From positions 26,952-90,951 of the forward strand of contig JACDHS010000003.1 in NCBI GenBank assembly GCA_013820875.1: DNA of 64,000 nucleotides. The letters run 5' to 3'. This stretch comes from Verrucomicrobiota bacterium (lineage in GTDB: Bacteria; Verrucomicrobiota; Verrucomicrobiia; Limisphaerales; JACDHS01). How positions within the stretch are numbered: the first letter of the stretch is position 1; the number at the start of each line of letters is the position of its first letter. The notes under the pieces are model-generated. The model was given only the letters and a program-made list of their open reading frames with translations, had not been told where the DNA came from and did no database searches. Shown here one piece after another: positions 9,746 through 17,227 of this stretch. The position numbers and the translations under genes were made by a program.

Positions 9746-10207
9746 TCATCTTGAAAACGAAACGCCATAACTCTGCAATAACGTCGTAATGCGCTCGGAG
9801 TGCCGAACCCACAAGTCACTCAACTGAATGAGATGCACTCGTCCATCTCGGTAGTGAACCTCCCATGCCGGACAAAAACGTCCTTTAGGATCTCGCGAGG
9901 TCGTAACGTGCACACCTCCGACATCCTCGTAAACAAATCCCTCGTGGGTCGGAGCAAACCAAAACCCGGTAGTGGTAGCAATCTCTCGAGGTGAAACAAC
10001 AATCCGGTCACTGAGCATAGCCGGTGCGAATAGACCGCCAGCTATGATAGCGATGGCGAAAGGAAAAAGGCTCAGTCGTCGCACCTCTCGCTTGCGAAAA
10101 CAAAGAATACCCAGAACAGCGCAAATAACAGAGACCGCCACCGGGATCAGTGCGATAGTGAGTGAGAAGCTGAACACCTCTGTCGTTGTTGGCGTAATTT
10201 CCTGCAT
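9746..10207 (-). CDS. Cassette d: hypothetical protein with two N-terminal TM helices
   Basis: 153-aa ORF bounded by R' GTTAGCC (10218-10224) and R'' GGCTAAC (9724-9730), which are exact reverse complements. Confidence 0.6.
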   Translation of the reverse strand: MQEITPTTTEVFSFSLTIALIPVAVSVICAVLGILCFRKREVRRLSLFPFAIAIIAGGLFAPAMLSDRIVVSPREIATTTGFWFAPTHEGFVYEDVGGVHVTTSRDPKGRFCPAWEVHYRDGRVHLIQLSDLWVRHSERITTLLQSYGVSFSR

Positions 10208-10217
10208 GGAGTCATTC

Positions 10218-10343
10218 GGCTAACATGAAAGCTGACCGACCGCCGCCGTGAGCGGGCGCTGGCAGCGAATCCAGCGTCCGAAAAGCCTGGCGCATCCGAA
10301 CTCACGACGCGGGGCGGCGGTTCGGTCCGGCGCTTGGTTCGGC
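10218..10343 (-). repeat. attC site 5 (long, 126 bp)
   Basis: Minus strand: R'' GCCGAAC (10337-10343) and R' GTTAGCC (10218-10224). The arms GACCGAACCGCCGCC / GGCGGCGGTCGGTC pair, with an unpaired A. Confidence 0.8.
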
Positions 10344-10356
10344 GATAATGTCATAC

Positions 10357-10740
10357 TCAAATGTCTATCTCGAAATGCCATCCGACTCCATGCTGCGCGG
10401 CTGCGCTCAGGATGCGCTCGCACTCGCGCAAATCCTCAACAACGTGGTCGGCGTGAACCTGCGTGTGTAACAACAATGCTCTCACGGTGGTCAAGCCTTC
10501 CTCCGCGGAGAACTGCTGGAGCGGCGGCAACTCCATCTCCTGAACATCCATGCCCTCGCCCTCCATAAACTCGGCCGCCGACTCGGGAGCGATGCTGAAG
10601 AACTCAGAAAGTGGACGAACGCCAAGCTGACCTGCTGCGGCGTCAAGAGACTCAATGTGCCGCGATAGACTCTTCCCATCCATCATAGTGTCCAAGCCGT
10701 CAATCTTCCGCTCAAGAACGATGTAGTGTGCTGCTCCCAT
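10357..10740 (-). CDS. Cassette e: acidic soluble hypothetical protein
   Basis: The track ORF runs to 10779, but that extension crosses the R' box (10761-10767). The internal ATG at 10740 (MGAAHYIVLERK...) fits the cassette boundary. R' GTTCGGC and R'' GCCGAAC are exact reverse complements. Confidence 0.55.
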   Translation of the reverse strand: MGAAHYIVLERKIDGLDTMMDGKSLSRHIESLDAAAGQLGVRPLSEFFSIAPESAAEFMEGEGMDVQEMELPPLQQFSAEEGLTTVRALLLHTQVHADHVVEDLRECERILSAAAQHGVGWHFEIDI

Positions 10741-10760
10741 AAACGTGTGTGTTGTGAAAC

Positions 10761-10849
10761 GCCGAACGCTCCGCATCACTGACCTCGCGCCAGTGATACT
10801 CGAATTGAAACCACACCGCTATCGCGGGGTTCAGTGCATGCGGTTGGCT
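10761..10849 (-). repeat. attC site 6
   Basis: Minus strand: the R''-like box is AGCCAAC (10843-10849) and R' is GTTCGGC (10761-10767). The arms CCGCATGCACTGAACC / GGTCAGTGATGCGG pair. Confidence 0.65.
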
Positions 10850-10863
10850 CGGGCGCGGGTGCC

Positions 10864-11145
10864 TCATGTCTCAATCTGCGTGACCCGTGACCGCCGCTTC
10901 CAAAAGCGTGCTCCGAATAGCGTTGCCCCAGCCACCGCACCAAATACAACAGCAGAAAAGCCGAGACTATGCAACTGGGTGATCCGCTTCTGTCTGGCAA
11001 GCTCCGCACTCGTTGCGGGGGTTGGATTATCACGCCATGCACTGAAAGCACGAACATGATCGCGTCGAAGAATACATGCCGGAGCAAGGACAAAATATGC
11101 GATGAGCAACTCAGCGATGAGTAAAATGGCAATAAGTTTCTTCAT
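10864..11145 (-). CDS. Cassette f: small membrane protein (2 TM)
   Basis: 93-aa ORF with hydrophobic N- and C-terminal helices. The ATG lies 13 nt after the attC7 R' box. Confidence 0.55.
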   Translation of the reverse strand: MKKLIAILLIAELLIAYFVLAPACILRRDHVRAFSAWRDNPTPATSAELARQKRITQLHSLGFSAVVFGAVAGATLFGARFWKRRSRVTQIET

Positions 11146-11157
11146 GCGTCTGGAGTG

Positions 11158-11283
11158 GCCGAACGCTGGAGGTCAGACACAGAGCCCGTGAGCGCCGCGC
11201 TGCCTGCAACGAGAACAATGGAAAACCAAAAGTCGTGAAACTGCAAGCGCGGGGCTCTGTTGTCTGCACCGATTTTGTTCGAC
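11158..11283 (-). repeat. attC site 7 (long, 126 bp)
   Basis: Minus strand: R'' GTCGAAC (11277-11283) lies 3 nt after the cassette-g stop, and R' is GTTCGGC (11158-11164). The arms CAGACAACAGAGCCCCGCGC / GCGC..GGGCTCTGTGTCTG pair, with an unpaired A. Confidence 0.8.
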
Positions 11284-11286
11284 GAA

Positions 11287-11766
11287 TCAATCATCCGCAC
11301 CTCCTCCGATTACAAGCCTCGTCTTCACAACACCACCCTTGGTAATAAGATATCCCCACTCCTGGTAGCCGACATCGTCGTCCACTTCTGGCACCCAGTA
11401 ATGAAAGAACAAAATCGAATCCAATCTGGGATCGTAAACCTCCTTCAACTGCTGAATCAACTGAACATCCTTCTCGTGGAAGCGTTCAGCGACATCGTCG
11501 AGACGGGCAAGGTGCTCATCAAGGACAGGACACTCCGGACAATCTTTTGCCGTCTCGCGAACACCTTGGGCAATACCCTTGGTCAGTTTGAGAATCCGGT
11601 CCTTCTCCCACCGCAGAGATTCAGGCGATACCTCGTAAAGCTTGTAGTAATGGTTGCGGTCGGGAACCCGTGACAAAAACGCCTCGCGAGGGGAATTTTG
11701 AGGCGTGCTGCAACCAACCAATGCGACAGCTAAAAGAAGCGCCAAATGTAAGCTGGCCAGTCTCAT
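11287..11766 (-). CDS. Cassette g: putative lipoprotein
   Basis: 159 aa. MRLASLHLALLLAVALVGC is a lipobox-type signal. The 5' boundary R' GTTCGAC (11782-11788) is the exact reverse complement of its R'' GTCGAAC. Confidence 0.6.
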   Translation of the reverse strand: MRLASLHLALLLAVALVGCSTPQNSPREAFLSRVPDRNHYYKLYEVSPESLRWEKDRILKLTKGIAQGVRETAKDCPECPVLDEHLARLDDVAERFHEKDVQLIQQLKEVYDPRLDSILFFHYWVPEVDDDVGYQEWGYLITKGGVVKTRLVIGGGADD

Positions 11767-11970
11767 GCGTGCAATGTGCGCGTCGAACCATATGATTCAC
11801 AGGCAGATTTGCCCTGATAACATGATATTAGCCCGGGTTTTCGGGCTTGATTACCCGATTGGCTTAAGTGTGCGACTGGCCCAGGAATCATTAACTGAAC
11901 CTGAATTATTGCGATGGGAAGTCAAGCCAACAGCGTAGCTGTTGAAACAGTTGTTAGCGCAGATTAGACG

Positions 11971-12259
11971 GCTCCGACAGCAATTTTGAGTCTCCAAAAT
12001 GTTTTGGAGGACTGAAATTGCCGATTTTAACGCTCCAAAATAGTTTGGAGGACTAAAATTGCCGATTTTAACGCTCCAGAATAGTTTGGAGGACTGAAAT
12101 TGCCGATTTTAGCGCTCCAGAATAGTTTGGAGGACTAAAATTGCCGATTTTAGTGCTCCAGAATAGTTTGGAGGACTGAAATTGCCGATTTTAGCGCTCC
12201 AAAATAGTTTGGAGGACTGAAATTGCCGATTTTAGCGCTCCAGAATAGTTTGGAGGACC
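11971..12259. repeat. Tandem repeat array 1: 41-bp unit, 6 full copies plus degenerate ends
   Basis: The unit GCTCCARAATAGTTTGGAGGACTRAAATTGCCGATTTTARC starts at 11991, 12032, 12073, 12114, 12155 and 12196. Each unit contains the hairpin CTCCAAA-ATAG-TTTGGAG. Confidence 0.95.
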
Positions 12260-12352
12260 TCCATCGCGCCTTTTTTAAACCCATTCCATGCTGGAACTCC
12301 CTCCAGCGAAATGACTTACGACTTTTGACTCGGATTTTACCCTTTTTCCACG

Positions 12353-12547
12353 TTAGCCGGAACGATTCAGTTGAAAATGCAACGGAACGCCGGATTCATC
12401 CGGCAGGAACGTGAATCTGTCCCGAAAGCGCCAAGTGGAGTCACCGTTCGGTTTGGGAGATTGCTGCCGGATGAATCCGGCGTTCCGCGCATTTGGCCGG
12501 GATGAACTTGTATGACAGCACCCACTCAACTGAATCGTTCCGGCTAA
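12353..12547. repeat. 195-bp nested perfect inverted repeat (MITE-like or structured-RNA-like)
   Basis: The outer arms are 22 bp and perfect: TTAGCCGGAACGATTCAGTTGA (12353-12374) pairs with 12526-12547. The inner arms are 23 bp and perfect: GGAACGCCGGATTCATCCGGCAG (12384-12406) pairs with 12464-12486. Confidence 0.9.
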
Positions 12548-12689
12548 TTCTGTTCGGAATGTGATTCCGTTCCTCATTCCGGTTCGGGTTCAGGGAGTTC
12601 CCGTCGCAAGCACCCTTCTTTGGACGGTTTTTCCAATGTCATCCCCCATTTATTCCTAAATCCATATTTCTATTCCACCGAAAACAGCG

Positions 12690-13004
12690 AGGAACCCGTT
12701 CCGAGCCTGGCCTGCCTACAAATACTCTGTCGAGCATTCAGTCTATGTGGATACGCGCTTTCGGCGGATGGGCATCGGAGTCAAGTTACTGAAAGAGATT
12801 ATCTCGGCGGCGCAGAAGCAGGATTACCACGTTCTCATTGGAGGCATAGACGCAAGCAACACGGGGAGCATTGACCTCCACGAGCGGCTCAAATTCAAGC
12901 ATTGTGGCACCATTCGCCAAGCCGGTTTCAAATTTGGCAGATGGCTTGATCTGGCGTTTTACCAGCTAATTCTCTCCACACCATCAGCACCGATTGATGA
13001 TTAA
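12690..13004 (+). pseudogene. N-terminally truncated GNAT acetyltransferase (phosphinothricin N-acetyltransferase-like) remnant
   Basis: The frame is open only from 12660, after a TAA at 12657. It encodes FRAWPAYKYSVEHSVYVDTRFRRMGIGVKLL...GFKFGRWLDLAFYQL, the C-terminal ~100 aa of PAT-type GNATs. The N-terminal ~70 aa are absent. Confidence 0.7.
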
Positions 13005-13117
13005 GTCTCGCCAAAGGTGCGAGACCTGCTCAGCCATTTCAAAGGGGGTGTCTCAACCATCTCTCAACGCCAAATTGGCGTCGTTTATTCGCCATGTATT
13101 GCCTGAAGAAGGGCAAC

Positions 13118-13792
13118 CTACTTCTCGATTTTTGCGATGGCCGCCAGCACTTCGTCGGCGACCTGCTGGTAAAGCTCCTTCACGCGCGCTTTAGGACAGG
13201 TCTTTGCCTCCTCACGATAATGGTCGAAGTTCAGCGGATCACCGAACTTCACAGTCACGCGCCGGGGCATGGGAAATTTCATGTGGCGACCAAACGCTTC
13301 GTAGGTTCCAAAAATCCGCACCGGCACAACGGGCGCATTCGATTTCATTACAATCAAGCCGATGCCCGATTGCGCGGATTGCAGTTTGCCATCTTTGGTG
13401 CGCGTTCCTTCGGGAAAAAGAAGGATCGCGTTCCCTTGATTGAGACGATCCAGAATAATTCGCAACCCGGACGCGCTGCCGCGATCGCGATCCAGTGGGA
13501 CCGCATTCCATGAGCGTAAAATTCCTCCAACAATGGGAAAGCGAAACAACGTTTCCCGCGCCATGTAGTTCAGCATGCGTTTCATGGCTGATCCGACGAG
13601 TGGCGGATCCAGGAAACTGGCGTGGTTTGAAGCGAGGATGACCGAACCGGTTTGCGGCACTTTGTCCGCGCCTGAAACGCGCCAGCGGAAATAGATGGAG
13701 TAAAAAAGTCGAAACAATTTCCACCCAATCAAATAACTAAAAGTCATTCGACCGGCGCGTTGTTTTTCTAAAGCAGTGTCTGAAGTCTGCAC
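13118..13792 (-). CDS. plsC: 1-acyl-sn-glycerol-3-phosphate acyltransferase
   Basis: 224 aa with the HX4D motif NHASFLDP and FPEGTRTKDG. Confidence 0.85.
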   Translation of the reverse strand: MQTSDTALEKQRAGRMTFSYLIGWKLFRLFYSIYFRWRVSGADKVPQTGSVILASNHASFLDPPLVGSAMKRMLNYMARETLFRFPIVGGILRSWNAVPLDRDRGSASGLRIILDRLNQGNAILLFPEGTRTKDGKLQSAQSGIGLIVMKSNAPVVPVRIFGTYEAFGRHMKFPMPRRVTVKFGDPLNFDHYREEAKTCPKARVKELYQQVADEVLAAIAKIEK

Positions 13793-13795
13793 GGA

Positions 13796-14527
13796 TCAGG
13801 CGGCAGTGTGGTTTCTGGGATCGGCGGCAGTGCGCCTTTTCACTTCATCAATGATGATCTGGCTCGTCTCGTCCGGGGTTTGGCCGGAGTTGTTAATCAC
13901 CATGGCCCCGAGCGCGATCATGAGTGGAGCGGCGGCGCGCTGGCTGTCGCGTTCATCGCGAGCCGCGAGATTTTCCTGCACACCCTCTGCCGCGCGACGC
14001 TTGGAACGTTCGTTGATGCAGGCATCCATGAAAAATTTGTAATCGGTCTCAGGAAACACGTTCGTGCCGATGTCGCGACCTTCCATCACGAGGTTGCCGA
14101 ACTTGATGCACTCGCGTTGTTTGTTTTTCATCCAGTCGCGAACCTTGGGAATGGCCGCGATCAGCGAAGTCGCCGCACTGGTTTCCGCCGTGCGAATTTC
14201 TTTGTCGGGATAATAGCCATCCACCAGGAGATGAACCGCATGATAGCCGTGGGTATCAATTGATTCGAGGGTGGTCTTCCATTTGCGCAGCGCAGCGGTG
14301 ACCGCCCTGGGGTTATGCACATCAACCCCGTTTTGGACACAATACCAGGCGAGCGTGCGATACATCGCGCCGGTGTCCACGTAGGTATAACCCAGCGCCT
14401 TTGCCACCAGCTTGGCATTGGTGCTTTTGCCGCTGGCGCTGGTGCCGTCTATGGCGATGACGATTGGGTTAGGTTGCATGGTGATCGGTTGAATCGTTGC
14501 ATCGGATGGCGCATTCGTCAGTTGCAC
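13796..14527 (-). CDS. cmk: Cytidylate kinase
   Basis: IAIDGTSASGKSTNAKLVAKALGYTYVDTGAMYR is a P-loop in the typical Cmk context. Confidence 0.9.
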   Translation of the reverse strand: MQLTNAPSDATIQPITMQPNPIVIAIDGTSASGKSTNAKLVAKALGYTYVDTGAMYRTLAWYCVQNGVDVHNPRAVTAALRKWKTTLESIDTHGYHAVHLLVDGYYPDKEIRTAETSAATSLIAAIPKVRDWMKNKQRECIKFGNLVMEGRDIGTNVFPETDYKFFMDACINERSKRRAAEGVQENLAARDERDSQRAAAPLMIALGAMVINNSGQTPDETSQIIIDEVKRRTAADPRNHTAA

Positions 14528-14563
14528 GATGAAACATTGTAATCATTCAACAATTTAACAAAT

Positions 14564-16018
14564 TTAATCAGCAAACAATTCTTCGTGCGGCAAAGGATGT
14601 TTTTTCTCCGGATCACGAATCGGATCATAAATCTTCACTCCCAGACCATGGGGCGGTTGGGCGGCCAGTTTCTGGAAAAAATTCGGGAAGGTCTTTTTCA
14701 CGCAGGCAGGATTTTTGATTTTAATACCGGGAACTTTCAACCCCAGAATCGCAAAACACATCGCGATGCGATGGTCGTTGTAGGTGTCGATTTCCGCGCC
14801 GTGCAATTCCGAAGGGTAAACGGTGAGTGTATCGCCTTCTTCCACGACCTTTGCCCCGCACTTGGTCAGTTCCGTGCGCAGGGCAACGACGCGTTCACAT
14901 TCCTGGACGCGCAGGCGACCTAGATCGGTGAATTGGACCGGCTTCGCTCCAAACGGCGCCATGGCAATAGCAGTCATGATGCTGTCGCCGAGATCGTGTT
15001 CCCGAGAGATCGTCGCAGTTTCATCGAGCACAGCGGGCGTATTATCATCACTGAAGACAGCGAGCGCTTTGAATTGTTTAGGATCGAAATAGAGACTCGG
15101 CGTGCGCAACAGGACCACGGGAAAATGTTGATCAGCCTGCCACCCCGTTTGAGGCCATTGGCCAACGGAAACGTAGGAAGAGTCTACCCCTGCAGCTTCA
15201 CTCGCGACAGTCAGTGCATCGGGCGCCTTGTAGGTTTCAGGAACAACTCTATCCGCAGCCCAAAAATAACTACCGCTCGACGCATCGGGTTCGATCTGGA
15301 AATCACCGCCATTCGCCGGAAATGCTTTGACCAACTCTGCCGTCATTGCGACGTAAGGCGATTCATCGGCATTGTTGCCCGTGATTTTGACACTCCAGTT
15401 TCCGGCGGGAGCACTGAGCAAAAGGGCGGAAGCGAACTGTGAACTTTGTTCGATGCTAACTGTGCAAGAACGCGCGGGACGTTCGGAAGATTGAGCCTCG
15501 TTAGCCTGGCTGCCACCAGAGATCAGGACGGGCAACTTGTCGTTCCCCTGTTCCGATTCCACGCGATAACCCAATTCCCGGAGAGCCTTAAACAAACCTT
15601 CCTGCGGTCTTTCGTGCATCCGGGAAATGCCACTCAACCGGAACACTCCCTCTCCCAGGCAAACAAGTGCCGAAAGAAAACGCGCCGCCGTTCCAGCATT
15701 GCCGACGAACAATTCCAATGGTTTTGCTGCCGTCCCTGCATTGGGGATTTTGCCACCCAAACCTTGAACGGTAATCGTTCGATTACAAAACTCCTCTGGA
15801 TCTTCCTCTACAAAAATTTCGAATCCAAGTTTCTGCAAACAATCCGTCATCGCCTGGGTGTCTTCACTCCAAAGGGCGCCGTGCAAAATCACTTTGCCAT
15901 TTGCCAGCGCCGCCAGGATGAGCGCGCGATTCGTGATGCTCTTGGAGCCGGGCACAGTGATTTCCGCCTGCACCGGAGCTTGCAGTGGTTCGATTTCGAT
16001 TAGGTTGGGTAGAGACAT
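14564..16018 (-). CDS. aroA: 3-phosphoshikimate 1-carboxyvinyltransferase (EPSP synthase)
   Basis: Contains PGSKSITNRALILAALA and DHRIAM. I set the start at ATG 16016-16018 (MSLPNLIEI...). The 13-codon extension MFICVHLWFLFLT in the track is a translation of the repeat arm. Confidence 0.9.
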   Translation of the reverse strand: MSLPNLIEIEPLQAPVQAEITVPGSKSITNRALILAALANGKVILHGALWSEDTQAMTDCLQKLGFEIFVEEDPEEFCNRTITVQGLGGKIPNAGTAAKPLELFVGNAGTAARFLSALVCLGEGVFRLSGISRMHERPQEGLFKALRELGYRVESEQGNDKLPVLISGGSQANEAQSSERPARSCTVSIEQSSQFASALLLSAPAGNWSVKITGNNADESPYVAMTAELVKAFPANGGDFQIEPDASSGSYFWAADRVVPETYKAPDALTVASEAAGVDSSYVSVGQWPQTGWQADQHFPVVLLRTPSLYFDPKQFKALAVFSDDNTPAVLDETATISREHDLGDSIMTAIAMAPFGAKPVQFTDLGRLRVQECERVVALRTELTKCGAKVVEEGDTLTVYPSELHGAEIDTYNDHRIAMCFAILGLKVPGIKIKNPACVKKTFPNFFQKLAAQPPHGLGVKIYDPIRDPEKKHPLPHEELFAD

Positions 16019-16027
16019 TGTTAAAAA

Positions 16028-16171
16028 GAGAAACCACAGATGGACACAGATAAACACAGATGAAGATCAAGTTCGCCCTGGCAGTATAATCCTTCACAGG
16101 ATTTCCGGTTTACCTTCACAGAATTTTCCCTGCTTTCGAATCTGTGTTCATCTGTGTCCATCTGTGGTTTC
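16028..16171. repeat. REP-like inverted-repeat element, copy 1, with (CACAGATGRA)n arms
   Basis: The left arm GAGAAACCACAGATGGACACAGATAAACACAGATGAAG (16028-16063) pairs with the right arm ...ATCTGTGTTCATCTGTGTCCATCTGTGGTTTC (16137-16171). The element fills the tyrA-aroA intergenic space. Confidence 0.9.
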
Positions 16172-17045
16172 AATTCCCCCCCGCCTCACTACGCCACGTA
16201 TCGCGGCGTTTTTTGGCTGTTACAAAAAATTCTTCGATCACTTTCGCATCCTGCCCGTCCAGCGCGCGTTGGAATTCCTGCAAATCTTCGATCAACACAC
16301 CCAACACTGTGGAAAGTTTTTCGCGATTAGCCATCGCAATGTCCCGCCACATCTCAGGTGATCCAGACGCAATCCGCGTGACATCACGAAACCCAGTGGC
16401 GCAAAGCATCGCCTGCTCTTTCGGATGCGTCGGACTTAAAACATAATTCGCCAACTCCGCCGCGATCACATGAGGGAGATGACTGGAACGACTCACCAGT
16501 TCATCGTGCAATTCCGGCGACATCTTCAAGACACGCATCCCGACCGCGCGCCAGAATTCTTCCACTTTGCAGAGCGCGGCGGCGTTCGACTTTGCACTGG
16601 GCGTCACGACACAGACCGCGTTCTCAAACAAATCCGTTCGTGAGGCGCTAACCCCCATTCTTTCGCCGCCCGCCATGGGATGACTCCCAATGAAATGCCC
16701 CCCGGCATCTGCAATGAGCAATTCAATGTCCGCCACAACGCTGCCTTTGACACTCCCGACATCCGTCACAATTGCACCCGGTTTCAAGGCGGGAAGCATT
16801 TCCTCCGTGAGAATCCGCATCCGCGACAGCGGCGTGCAAAGGACGACCAGATCGGAATCGGCGACCGCCTGTTTGATGTCGCGGGTGGGGTTGTCCACGA
16901 CGGCGAACTGCTTGCATTCAGCGACGCTCGCGGAGCGTCGGACGTAACCGGCGGTTGTAACAGCCAGACGGCGTTGTTTAATAGCCAGCCCAAGTGAGCC
17001 GCCCAACAAGCCAACGCCAAGAATTGTGACCTTCTGAAAAAGCAC
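16170..17045 (-). CDS. tyrA: Prephenate dehydrogenase
   Basis: The Rossmann motif VTILGVGLLGGSLGLA sits at the N-terminus and GSHPMAG follows. 291 aa. The stop codon overlaps the repeat arm. Confidence 0.85.
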   Translation of the reverse strand: MLFQKVTILGVGLLGGSLGLAIKQRRLAVTTAGYVRRSASVAECKQFAVVDNPTRDIKQAVADSDLVVLCTPLSRMRILTEEMLPALKPGAIVTDVGSVKGSVVADIELLIADAGGHFIGSHPMAGGERMGVSASRTDLFENAVCVVTPSAKSNAAALCKVEEFWRAVGMRVLKMSPELHDELVSRSSHLPHVIAAELANYVLSPTHPKEQAMLCATGFRDVTRIASGSPEMWRDIAMANREKLSTVLGVLIEDLQEFQRALDGQDAKVIEEFFVTAKKRRDTWRSEAGGN

Positions 17046-17227
17046 CGGGGCGAATTAAACCGGCGCAACGCAATGGAAGCAAGGCGCGAGGTGTTTTCGG
17101 GCGTGATTTGAACTGGCGGGTTCTTCATGCACCAACAACACTCCAGACAAATTTGCCTGCCTGACAGGCTAGAGTATCCCCTGATTTTAACCCCTTTACC
17201 GACAATCTTCTTGTCCGCGAATCACAG

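Larger units (their letters stand above)
7734..11788 (-). mobile_element. Integron-type gene cassette array: 7 cassettes and 7 attC sites, with no integrase in the window (CALIN-like)
   Basis: Seven co-oriented small ORFs are each followed by an 88-126-bp imperfect inverted repeat with RYYYAAC-like (R'') and GTTNRRY (R') boxes. R'' of a cassette is the exact reverse complement of the R' at its own 5' end in 4 of 7 cassettes. Start codons lie 8-37 nt after R', leaving no room for promoters. Confidence 0.85.

Noticed and set aside
10741-10779. Upstream extension of the cassette e ORF (MMRSVRRFTTHTF)
   Set aside because: The extension crosses the attC6 R' recombination box (10761-10767), so it would not travel with the cassette. 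An internal ATG at 10740 fits.
11971-12259. Possible CRISPR array. The same question applies to 47737-48110 and 58566-58800.
   Set aside because: The whole 41-42-bp period is repeated, so there are no unique spacers. The period is too short for repeat plus spacer. No cas genes or leader are nearby. I treated these as tandem repeats.
11789-12700. Integron integrase (intI) or its remnant next to the cassette array
   Set aside because: No ORF of suitable size is present, and no tyrosine-recombinase motifs are visible in any frame by eye. The region consists of repeats. A degraded pseudogene cannot be fully excluded without a profile search.
16019-16057. 13-codon N-terminal extension of aroA (MFICVHLWFLFLT)
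   Set aside because: It is a translation of the CACAGATGRA repeat arm. The same peptide-like strings appear wherever the repeat occurs. The ATG at 16016-16018 gives a normal AroA N-terminus.
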